Origin: an uncultured Clostridia bacterium
Lineage (GTDB): Bacteria; Bacillota; Clostridia; TANB77; CAG-508
Reading direction: 5' to 3'
DNA: 64,000 nucleotides
Assembly: GCA_963557965.1 (NCBI GenBank)
Contig: CAUWEX010000004.1
Coordinates: 649 to 64,648, forward strand
Shown here: positions 37,477 through 45,144 of the stretch, piece by piece
Layout of the letters: every line of letters begins with the position of its first letter
Position numbering within the stretch: the first letter of the stretch is position 1
Notes under the pieces: model-generated
What the model was told of the DNA's origin: nothing
Database searches by the model: none
The model's input: only the letters and a program-made list of their open reading frames with translations
Translations under genes and position numbers: made by a program

Positions 37477-38432
37477 AACGTAAATAAATTATTTCTATTG
37501 GATAAACTTTGATAACACCTTAAGCTAGAAATAAAACTTCCAAGAGGAATTTTATTACTTTTATATAATTTATATCTACTCTTTAATTTTCGTTTGACAT
37601 TTCTATATCTAGCATATTGAAAATTAGAATTTCGACCTAAAAATAAAAAATTATTAGTATTTTTATATATCCTGGTTTTTATATTTAATTCTAGTTTTTC
37701 TTTTTCTAAAAAATTTGTGATTTCAGATAAGCAATATTTCAAATAGTCTTTTGAAGGATGAAACAACAAAAAATCGTCTTGGTAACGCACATAATATTTA
37801 ATCTTTAGAGTTTCTTTTATAAAATGGTCTAAATCGTTCAAATAAAATATAGCTAAAATTTGACTAGTCATAGAACCAATAAATAGACCTTCAGTATTGC
37901 TATCAATAATATCAAATACAATTTTGATTGCATCTTTATCTTTTATTCTTCTTAATAGTTTTTTCTTTAAAATATCATGATTAATATTAGAAAAAAATTT
38001 ACTAATATCACATTTTAGAATATAGTATGAACCATATTTAATTTTACATTTTTTATGAAAAGAAGCTGCTAATTCTAGGCCCTTACTAGTTCCCATATCT
38101 TTTCTACTAGCTACATTAACGTCAAGTAAACAAGGTAAAATTGCAGGATATAAAATGTATCTTGCTACTAAGTGATTAACAATTTTATCTTGTACATTTT
38201 GACTTACAATTAATCTTTTTTTGGGTTCGTAAATAATGAATTTATTATATGGTCCTATTTTATATTGTTTGTTTTTTAATATTTCATGAATTCGTGAGAT
38301 ATAAATTGATTTATATTCTTTTAAATTTTCTACTCTTCTTTCATTGCGTGTATTTTTGCAAACTTCATTATAAGCAGAAATAATATTATTAAAATTATAG
38401 ATATTAGAATATAAATTTCCTTTTCTTTTCAT
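37467..38432 (-). CDS. DGR reverse transcriptase
   Basis: RT motifs including LFIGSMTSQILAIFYLN (DGR-type [I/L]GxxxSQ) and YVRYQDDFLLF (YxDD). 321 aa. Adjacent to the TR but on the opposite strand. Confidence 0.9.
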   Translation of the reverse strand: MKRKGNLYSNIYNFNNIISAYNEVCKNTRNERRVENLKEYKSIYISRIHEILKNKQYKIGPYNKFIIYEPKKRLIVSQNVQDKIVNHLVARYILYPAILPCLLDVNVASRKDMGTSKGLELAASFHKKCKIKYGSYYILKCDISKFFSNINHDILKKKLLRRIKDKDAIKIVFDIIDSNTEGLFIGSMTSQILAIFYLNDLDHFIKETLKIKYYVRYQDDFLLFHPSKDYLKYCLSEITNFLEKEKLELNIKTRIYKNTNNFLFLGRNSNFQYARYRNVKRKLKSRYKLYKSNKIPLGSFISSLRCYQSLSNRNNLFTLKK

Positions 38433-38505
38433 ATGTAACTCCTATAGAACTAATTTACAACTTTAAATATATAACATTATATGTAAGATATTAACAGCTA
38501 ATATC

Positions 38506-38534
38506 ATTATAAGATAGTTAGATATAATATGCAA
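38506..38534 (-). promoter_or_regulatory. Sigma-A promoter for the RT gene (TTGCAT-17-TATAAT on the minus strand)
   Basis: Reverse complement reads cTTGCATattatatctaactatctTATAATg. AGGAG RBS precedes the RT ATG. Confidence 0.6.
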
Positions 38535-38641
38535 GACAAATGGCAAAAATTGTTAAACAATAAATTTACGATAATTAAAGAATGTTAAATAATTAATAAA
38601 ATTATAGTAATTTAACGTAAAAATGTGTTATAATAGTAGAA

Positions 38642-38734
38642 CCACATCCAATAACAAAAGCAGATTATGAGAATAATTCGAACCCTTTTGTACAAGAAGT
38701 AATGAATACGGGAATTGAACTAAAAGTAGCATGA
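38642..38734 (+). pseudogene. 3'-terminal remnant (31 codons) of a second MNT-type nucleotidyltransferase gene
   Basis: PHPITKADYENNSNPFVQEVMNTGIELKVA* parallels the C-terminus of the MNT at 41190-41516 (LPFSIEEYNEPKGIMEEILNTGIELKVA*). It is preceded directly by a copy of the promoter repeat (aaaatgtgttataat). Confidence 0.7.
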
Positions 38735-38775
38735 GAAACAAAAAAGACGACTAGCAATGCTAGCCATCTTTTTTG

Positions 38776-39705
38776 TTATCTATCGAAAGTTTTTATAAAA
38801 TTATCAACTAAAGATTTAAAAGTATGTATAGGAAAATTAAATAGGTGTTTTATAACTTCGAAAGTTTTATCAATATAATTCTTTAGGTTATGATTTTCCT
38901 GTTTTAAAGTAATATTTTCTTTTTGTAGATTTTCTACTTTATTTATAGCAAAATAGGCTTTGCTTAGTTGTAATTTTAATTTATTATTATTTTCAATTAA
39001 AGTTTGATTTTGCTTAAGTAATAAATGTGTATCTTGTGTAGGAATACATTGTTCTTGTTTATTTTGTAGTTCATATTTTATATTATCATAATTAGTAACT
39101 TGTTTTAATGTTTTTATTGGGATATGGACATTATCTTTAGTATTGCCGCGTTCTAAATCAAAACCATGTTCAATCATATAAGTATAAAAACTGTCTTGTA
39201 ATTTCCTATAACTGTCTTTGCCTTTCCAATATTGACTACAAGCAATTTTTTTAATAGGATTACCATTTTTATCTTTTGTATGAACAACTGGAACAAAAAC
39301 CAAGTGTAAATGTGGAGTGGTTTCATCCATGTGAACTTTGCTAGATAAAATATATTTTTCACCTAAATTTTTATAATTTGCAACAAAGTTATGAGCAGTT
39401 TGAAAATATCTTTTTGTTTCTTCTTCTCCAATACTTTTGAAAAAGTCGTTATCAGAAGTAATTATAAATTCACATACTACGTTTGTTGTTTTTATTATTC
39501 TTCCTTGTAAGTTATTTTCCTGTATTAATTTTTTTAGTGCATTTGAATATGTAGTGTTACACTGTTTAATTGAATAATTTTTTATTAAATTATTTTTACT
39601 AATATCTTTGTTTGAGTAATTAGTATTTTTTCTTTCGTTATGTTTATATAATCCTGCTAAATTATCTTTCTTATAATTAGCATTTCTAATAATAGCATAA
39701 CTCAT
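38776..39705 (-). CDS. mob: MobV-family (Pre/Mob) relaxase
   Basis: N-terminal MSYAIIRNANYKKDNLAGLYKHNERK and the HxDE...PHxH motif (VHMDETTPHLHLVFVPV). C-terminal coiled coil. Confidence 0.88.
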   Translation of the reverse strand: MSYAIIRNANYKKDNLAGLYKHNERKNTNYSNKDISKNNLIKNYSIKQCNTTYSNALKKLIQENNLQGRIIKTTNVVCEFIITSDNDFFKSIGEEETKRYFQTAHNFVANYKNLGEKYILSSKVHMDETTPHLHLVFVPVVHTKDKNGNPIKKIACSQYWKGKDSYRKLQDSFYTYMIEHGFDLERGNTKDNVHIPIKTLKQVTNYDNIKYELQNKQEQCIPTQDTHLLLKQNQTLIENNNKLKLQLSKAYFAINKVENLQKENITLKQENHNLKNYIDKTFEVIKHLFNFPIHTFKSLVDNFIKTFDR

Positions 39706-39808
39706 TTTTTTATTTTTCCTTTTCTATAGATTGCCTTCGAAGGCTTACTTAAATTAAAATACCCCATTTGATTTTCTTGAATAAACTTTTTTTAGTTTCT
39801 AACATACT

Positions 39809-39853
39809 AGAACGTCGCGGACGTTCTGTATGGTCAGGGAAAATACTTTTCCC
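39809..39853. promoter_or_regulatory. Candidate oriT: two adjacent GC-containing hairpins upstream of the relaxase gene
   Basis: AGAACGTC gcg GACGTTCT (39809-39827) and AGGGAAAA tac TTTTCCCT (39835-39853), in otherwise AT-rich DNA ~100 bp upstream of mob. Confidence 0.45.
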
Positions 39854-40007
39854 TAACAACCCTTTTTAGAAAGATAAATAATAAAATTCTTACGAAGTTT
39901 ATCAATTATCTTTCTTTGCACGATTAATATTTAATTTATTTCGCTTACGCTACATAAATAAAATATTTTAATCGTGTTATAAAAATATTCGCTTTTAAGC
40001 TCATATT

Positions 40008-40114
40008 TTTATAATTGATTTTGCAAGCTAAAGCTAGCAAAATTTGATAAGCATTTTCTTTGTGGTACGTAATTATTAATAATTTTTAGTAATTTATTTT
40101 AATTTTTTATAATT
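40008..40114 (+). repeat. Cassette-flanking repeat, copy R1 (longest), upstream of the ParE module
   Basis: tttataattgattttgcaagc...tttctttgtgg...attaataatttttagtaatttattttaattttttataatt. Shared with 40828-40903, partly with 41521-41565 and degenerately with 38586-38636. Confidence 0.8.
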
Positions 40115-40201
40115 ATTATTAATTTTTCAATAATAATAAAAAAATATGGCAATTTAAAATAAAAATGTGATATAATATATAACATAGGAGATGATGTTAT
40201 T

Positions 40202-40453
40202 ATGACAATGAAACAACAAGAATTGTATGATGTTATTGAAAGTTTACCAGAAGAACTTTCAATAAAAGCAATTGATTATATAGAATACCTAAAATTTACT
40301 TATTCATTTATTAAAGCTCCAAGCGACCTAATTGTAAAAGATGAAAAAGACTTATTAGTAAAACTACAAAAAGGTATAAAAGATACTGAAGAAGGGAAAG
40401 TATGTTCTGTTGAAGAAGCTTTTGCAGAAGTTAATGAAATCTTATTAGGTTAA
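40202..40453 (+). CDS. Type II antitoxin partner of ParE (family not assigned)
   Basis: 83-aa acidic protein immediately upstream of, and translationally adjacent to, the ParE-like toxin. Confidence 0.6.
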   Translation: MTMKQQELYDVIESLPEELSIKAIDYIEYLKFTYSFIKAPSDLIVKDEKDLLVKLQKGIKDTEEGKVCSVEEAFAEVNEILLG

Positions 40454-40470
40454 GATAGGAGGTTTTTATA

Positions 40471-40785
40471 TTGGACAAGTATAAAGTAGAATTATCAATA
40501 CAAGCAAAAAATGATTATAAAAGTATTATTCATTATATAAAGTATGAATTATTAGAACCTACTATTGCAGAAAAATATGCTAATCTAATAAGAAATGAGC
40601 TTACTTCTTTAGAATATCAACCTAGTAAATTTTCTATTATTGACCATAATGAGATTAAAAAATATCAGTTTAGAAAATTAGTTATGAAAAATTATATTGC
40701 GTTTTATCGTATTAATGATAAAGATAAGATAGTGAATGTTGAGAGAATTTTATATAATGCTAGTAATTGGATGGATAAATTATAA
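40471..40785 (+). CDS. parE: Type II toxin, ParE/RelE superfamily
   Basis: 104 aa; YKVELSIQAKNDYKSIIHYI...FRKLVMKNYIAFYRINDKDKIVNVERILYNASNW fits the ParE pattern. TTG start after AGGAGG. Confidence 0.75.
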   Translation: MDKYKVELSIQAKNDYKSIIHYIKYELLEPTIAEKYANLIRNELTSLEYQPSKFSIIDHNEIKKYQFRKLVMKNYIAFYRINDKDKIVNVERILYNASNWMDKL

Positions 40786-40827
40786 AAAATTTATGTTAAT
40801 TTTATAAAACTAAACAGTTAATTTAGC

Positions 40828-40903
40828 TTTATAATTGATTTTGCAAGCAATTTCTTTGTAGTTATTAATAATTTTTAGCAATTTATTTTAATTTTTTATA
40901 ATT
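40828..40903 (+). repeat. Cassette-flanking repeat, copy R2, abutting the truncated HEPN ORF
   Basis: tttataattgattttgcaagcaatttctttgtagttattaataatttttagcaatttattttaattttttataatt. It lacks the internal hairpin segment of R1. Confidence 0.8.
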
Positions 40904-40917
40904 TTTATCAATTTTTT

Positions 40918-41214
40918 ATGTGCCAACAAGCTATAGAAAAGTTAAGCAAAGGTATATACGTATATACTTTCGATAAAGAAGCACCATTTACTCATAATAT
41001 TAACGTTATTTTAAAAGATATCGATAAAGTTATAAATTCGATTGAGTATAAAAAATTTGAATCTTTATTTGCAACTTTAACATCATTTTATATAATAGGT
41101 AGATATGATGTATATAAACAAAAAATTTCAAAAGATTTAGATAATAAATCTAGCAAAGAATTATTAAATAAATCAAAGGAGGCGTTTGTATGGTTAAAGT
41201 CCCTTCAAACATAA
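40918..41214 (+). pseudogene. HEPN-domain protein (toxin of a HEPN/MNT pair), apparently N-terminally truncated at repeat R2 and lacking an RBS
   Basis: Begins CQQAIEKLSKGIYVY...THNINVIL...IIGRYDVY, i.e. mid-way through the usual first HEPN helices. No SD precedes the ATG (atcaattttttATG). Overlaps the MNT start. Confidence 0.55.
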
Positions 41215-41516
41215 TTAAATTAATTGAAAAATTTATTAAATTACTAAAAGAAGAAAATATAGTGGTTGAAAAAGTAATTCTATTTGGTTCTTATGCTAAG
41301 GGAACATATAGAGCAGATAGTGATATTGACTTGGCAATTGTCTCTCCTAACTTTAAGGAAGAAGATTGTATTGAAAATATGACATTTCTATTATGTAAGG
41401 CTAACATACTAAAGGCAGATATTCAAACTTTGCCTTTTAGTATAGAAGAATACAACGAACCTAAAGGGATAATGGAAGAAATTTTGAATACTGGAATAGA
41501 ACTTAAAGTTGCATAA
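41190..41516 (+). CDS. MNT-type nucleotidyltransferase (antitoxin of the HEPN/MNT type VII module)
   Basis: VILFGSYAKGTYRADSDIDLAIV is the GSxxxGxxxxxSDxD Pol-beta NTase motif. Confidence 0.85.
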   Translation: MVKVPSNIIKLIEKFIKLLKEENIVVEKVILFGSYAKGTYRADSDIDLAIVSPNFKEEDCIENMTFLLCKANILKADIQTLPFSIEEYNEPKGIMEEILNTGIELKVA

Positions 41517-41520
41517 GGCA

Positions 41521-41565
41521 ATATTAATTAGTATTAATTTTTAGTAATTTATTTTAACTTTTTTC
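41521..41565 (+). repeat. Cassette-flanking repeat, partial copy R3
   Basis: atattaattagtattaatttttagtaatttattttaactttttt matches the core of R1/R2. Confidence 0.7.
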
Positions 41566-41624
41566 GACAAAACGCTTAACTTAACAAGAATAGCTGAAAG
41601 TGTTAGAATAGGCGATATAGTTCA

Positions 41625-41817
41625 TTCATCCGCACCATAAGAAAAATCGATGTAAATAGCTTGTATCTAAGGATACAGGCTATTTTAACGTTTGGTAACT
41701 AATAAATTTATTATATAATTTAAAATATTTATTTTTCACTAGAGCCACAAAGGGTTTCACGATTTTTAATTTTTATTAATTTTTTGTAGTAAAAACTGTT
41801 CACTCAACAAAAATTGA
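41625..41817 (+). repeat. attR-side direct repeat (copy of the tRNA-Leu 3' end plus downstream 180 bp)
   Basis: Matches 27989-28181. Differences include a compensatory pair in the hairpin (aGtagc..gctaCt vs aAtagc..gctaTt). Confidence 0.9.
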
Positions 41818-41922
41818 TCCATTTACGTACATAAAAAATAATAATTTAAAATTAAGAAAAAATAAATAGACTATTCATAAAAATAGTGTATAATATAAAG
41901 AAGGGGTAAAAAGGAGCGTAAA

Positions 41923-42651
41923 ATGAAAAAAGAACAGAAAAACAAAATTATAAAAATCATCATATTTATATTAGTCATAGCACTTTTAGTAGGATTTACA
42001 ATATACTTATATCCTATAATAAAAGACCTATTCAATCCAGAAGGAAGAGAAAACTTTAAAACAAAAATTCAAAGTTCTGGTATAGCAGGAGGGTTAATGC
42101 TTTTTGGGCTAGAAGTAGCACAGATTTTAATGCCAATATTACCAGGAGAACCAATAGAAATATTGGCGGGAATGTGTTATGGAACTGTTGGAGGATTTTT
42201 CTTTATTTTGATATCAGCAATGTTGATTACAACATTTATATTTTTTGTCGTTAGAAAATTTGGTAGAGACTTTTTATATACTATGATAGGGAAAGAAAAA
42301 ATAGATAAAATTGAAAATAGCAAACTATTTAAAAATTCTAAAAAAATAGAATATATAATGTTAATACTATTTTTTATACCAGGAACCCCAAAAGATTTAT
42401 TAGTATATATAGCAGGAATATTGCCAATAAATCCATTAAGATTTATAATAATATCAACATTAGCAAGAATTCCATCAATAATTTCATCAACAGTTGCAGG
42501 ATCAACTTTTGTAGAAGGAAATTTGCATATTGGATTAATAATGTATGCGGTTATTTTTGTTATAGTAGGAATTATTTTATTATTAGCGAAAAAATTTGAT
42601 AAATCAAATATAACTCAAGAAATATTAGAAGAAAGCAAAAAAGTAAAATAG
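41923..42651 (+). CDS. TVP38/TMEM64 (DedA-related, SNARE-associated) family membrane protein
   Basis: Multi-TM protein with LPGEPIEILAGMCYG and FIPGTPKDLLVYIAG motifs. Confidence 0.8.
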   Translation: MKKEQKNKIIKIIIFILVIALLVGFTIYLYPIIKDLFNPEGRENFKTKIQSSGIAGGLMLFGLEVAQILMPILPGEPIEILAGMCYGTVGGFFFILISAMLITTFIFFVVRKFGRDFLYTMIGKEKIDKIENSKLFKNSKKIEYIMLILFFIPGTPKDLLVYIAGILPINPLRFIIISTLARIPSIISSTVAGSTFVEGNLHIGLIMYAVIFVIVGIILLLAKKFDKSNITQEILEESKKVK

Positions 42652-42662
42652 GAGAAATTAAA

Positions 42663-44027
42663 ATGCCAGTAGAAAAAAACAAAGAATATATTGTAGACAT
42701 AATAGACAATGGATTCGAAGGAGAAGGAATTGCAAAAATAGAAGGATATACAATATTTATTCCAAATGCAATAAAAGGAGAACGAATAAAAATTTTAATC
42801 GTAAAAGTGTTGAAATCACATGCATTTGGAAAAATAGTAGAAATTATATCACCATCAAAAAACAGAATAAAAGAAGATTGTACAACATATAAACGTTGTG
42901 GAGGGTGTGATTTAAGACATATAGAATATAAAGAAACATTAAAAATGAAACAAAACGCAGTGCAAAGCTTAGTTAATAAAACTTTGAAAAACACAATACA
43001 AGTACAAGAAACTTTAGGAATGAAAAATCCGTTATATTACAGAAACAAAGCACAATATCCTGTTGGCATAGATAAAAATGGAAATGCTACTATCGGAGTT
43101 TTTGCCAATAGAACACATGAAATCATACCAATAGAAACGTGTTTAATTCAAAATAAAACAAGTCAGGAACTTGCAAAATTTATAATAAATTTTATTAATG
43201 AAAATAAAATCAGTATATACAATGAGCATAAACAAAAAGGACTAATAAGACATATTGTAACAAAAGTAGGCATGCGTACAGGTGAAGTAATGTGTATCTT
43301 AGTTATAAATGGAAAAAATATACCTAAAGAAAAAGAACTTGTACATACTATCATAAACAATTTTCCACAAGTAAAAACAATTGTAAAAAACATCAACATG
43401 AAAAATACAAATGTGATATTAGGAAATAAAAATATTAATTTATATGGAGATGGATATATTACAGATGTTTTGGGGGAATATACTTTTAAAATTTCTCCAC
43501 ATTCATTTTACCAAGTTAATCCTATACAAGCAGAAAAGTTATATAAAATTGGAGTTGAAGCAGCTAATATAACTAATAATGATATTGTTTTTGACTTATA
43601 CTGTGGAATTGGAACTATATCGCTATTTATGGCCCAATATGCAAAAAAAGTTTATGGAATTGAGATTGTAGAAGAAGCCATAAAAGATGCCAAGGAGAAT
43701 GCTAAACTTAATAACATTAAAAATGCTGAATTTATAGCAGGAGACGTTGAAAAAATTTTAGACAAGTTAATTAATAAAGATAAAATTATACCAGATATTG
43801 TTATGATAGACCCACCAAGAAAAGGAATGGATACACAAAGTGTTGAAAACATATTAAAAATTGAGCCTAAAAAACTAGTGTATATTAGTTGTAATCCAGC
43901 AACACTAATTAGAGATTTACAAAAGCTAGAAGAAAAATATGAAATCAAAATGATAAAACCTGTAGATATGTTCCCTTTTAGTAAACATATAGAGTGCATA
44001 GCAGTTTTAGAATTATTGAAAATTTAA
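42663..44027 (+). CDS. rlmD: 23S rRNA (uracil-C5)-methyltransferase, RumA/RlmD family (TRAM, 4Fe-4S and SAM MTase domains)
   Basis: TRAM domain, Cys cluster (CTTYKRCGGCDLRH), DLYCGIGTISL SAM motif and a C-terminal ISCNPATL catalytic Cys motif. Confidence 0.88.
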   Translation: MPVEKNKEYIVDIIDNGFEGEGIAKIEGYTIFIPNAIKGERIKILIVKVLKSHAFGKIVEIISPSKNRIKEDCTTYKRCGGCDLRHIEYKETLKMKQNAVQSLVNKTLKNTIQVQETLGMKNPLYYRNKAQYPVGIDKNGNATIGVFANRTHEIIPIETCLIQNKTSQELAKFIINFINENKISIYNEHKQKGLIRHIVTKVGMRTGEVMCILVINGKNIPKEKELVHTIINNFPQVKTIVKNINMKNTNVILGNKNINLYGDGYITDVLGEYTFKISPHSFYQVNPIQAEKLYKIGVEAANITNNDIVFDLYCGIGTISLFMAQYAKKVYGIEIVEEAIKDAKENAKLNNIKNAEFIAGDVEKILDKLINKDKIIPDIVMIDPPRKGMDTQSVENILKIEPKKLVYISCNPATLIRDLQKLEEKYEIKMIKPVDMFPFSKHIECIAVLELLKI

Positions 44028-44122
44028 AAATATATCGAAAATATAAGAAAGTGAAGTAAAAAGATACTTTCTTTTTTTCTATTTTTATGGTAGAATTGTA
44101 AAAAATAAAAGAAGGGAATAAA

Positions 44123-45064
44123 ATGATAAAAAGAGAAAAAATATATAATTTATATTGGTATTTTGCAGCAGAAAGACAAAACATTTTTTATAAAAAGCTA
44201 AATGGTGAAGAAGCTCCTTGGACAAAAGATTTAATATTGCAAGAATACAAATTTTGTAATAGCTACAGAGCTAGTGATAGAGTATCACAATACTTAATAA
44301 AAAACGTAATATATAATGGTAAAAAATATAGCAATCAAGATATGATTTTTAGAATTATATTATTTAAACTTTTTAACAAAGAACGTACATGGGAAATATT
44401 ATGTAACAAACTAGGAGACATCGTATTAGAAAACTTTGGCTTTAATGAATATTGTAAAATTTTAGAAGAAGCGAAAGAAAAAGGAGAAAAAATATATACA
44501 GATGCATATATGTCATGTGCCAATAAAGCCTATGGTTATGATAAAAAACACGAAAATCATATAGCTTTAATAGAGCAAATGTTCATAAAGGATAAAATGC
44601 AAAATAAAATATTAAATGCTAAAAACATGGAAGAAGCGTTTAACATAATAAAACAATACCCATTAATAGGAGATTTTATGGCATATCAACTAATAACAGA
44701 TATAAATTATAGTGAAGCAACAAACTTTAGTGAAAGAGAATTTACTGTAGCAGGACCAGGTTCTGAAAGAGGAATAAAAAAATGTTTTATCGACAGAGAG
44801 GGCATGACAAAAGAAGATATAATAAAATGGATGTGTAATCATCAAGAAGAAGAATTTGAAAGACTCGGAATTCAATTTAAAAGATTAGGAGAACGACCAC
44901 TACAATATATAGATTGTCAAAATCTATTTTGTGAATTAGATAAATATTGTAGACAAGCTGTACCAGAATTAAAAAGCAATAGGACAAAAATTAAAAAGAA
45001 ATATGTACCAAAAGCTGATAAGATAGAATATAAATATCCACCAAAATGGAACATAGAAATATAA
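44123..45064 (+). CDS. Conserved hypothetical protein; possibly aGPT-Pplase-like (DNA base hypermodification-associated) family
   Basis: The N-terminal pattern IYNLYWYFAAERQNIFYKKL...APWTKDLILQEYKFCNSYRASDRVSQYL resembles, from memory only, the alpha-glutamyl/putrescinyl thymine pyrophosphorylase family. Not verified. Confidence 0.3.
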   Translation: MIKREKIYNLYWYFAAERQNIFYKKLNGEEAPWTKDLILQEYKFCNSYRASDRVSQYLIKNVIYNGKKYSNQDMIFRIILFKLFNKERTWEILCNKLGDIVLENFGFNEYCKILEEAKEKGEKIYTDAYMSCANKAYGYDKKHENHIALIEQMFIKDKMQNKILNAKNMEEAFNIIKQYPLIGDFMAYQLITDINYSEATNFSEREFTVAGPGSERGIKKCFIDREGMTKEDIIKWMCNHQEEEFERLGIQFKRLGERPLQYIDCQNLFCELDKYCRQAVPELKSNRTKIKKKYVPKADKIEYKYPPKWNIEI

Positions 45065-45144
45065 AATATTTTGATAGCAACGAGACTAGTTTCTACAAAT
45101 TTAGCAATAAAAAGTTGTATAATAAATAAAAAGGAGCAAACAAA

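Larger units (their letters stand above)
27989..41817. mobile_element. Integrative mobilizable element (IME) in the 3' end of tRNA-Leu, ~13.8 kb including both repeats
   Basis: 193-bp direct repeats begin in the last 13 nt of the tRNA. Tyrosine integrase and Xis lie next to the tRNA. Also present: a MobV relaxase, an IS, TA modules and a DGR. Housekeeping synteny resumes after 41817. Confidence 0.85.

Noticed and set aside
37467-38432. RT as a retron, group II intron or Abi/DRT-type defence RT
   Set aside because: An adjacent TR/VR pair with purely adenine-directed differences, an Avd gene and the [I/L]GxxxSQ motif argue for a DGR RT. No intron RNA domains (e.g. domain V), maturase/En domains or msr/msd-like inverted repeats were seen.
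37424-38462. Short direct repeats (gaacttaatttagaact / gaactaatttacaact) flanking the RT gene, as possible evidence of an insertion or inversion module
   Set aside because: Only ~15 imperfect bases in very AT-rich DNA, which is indistinguishable from chance without statistics.
40008-41565. Reiterated AT-rich units as a CRISPR array or integron attC sites
   Set aside because: The units are 45-107 bp and imperfect, and they are separated by whole genes (0.7 kb) rather than short spacers. No cas or intI gene is present. They are reported instead as cassette-flanking promoter repeats.
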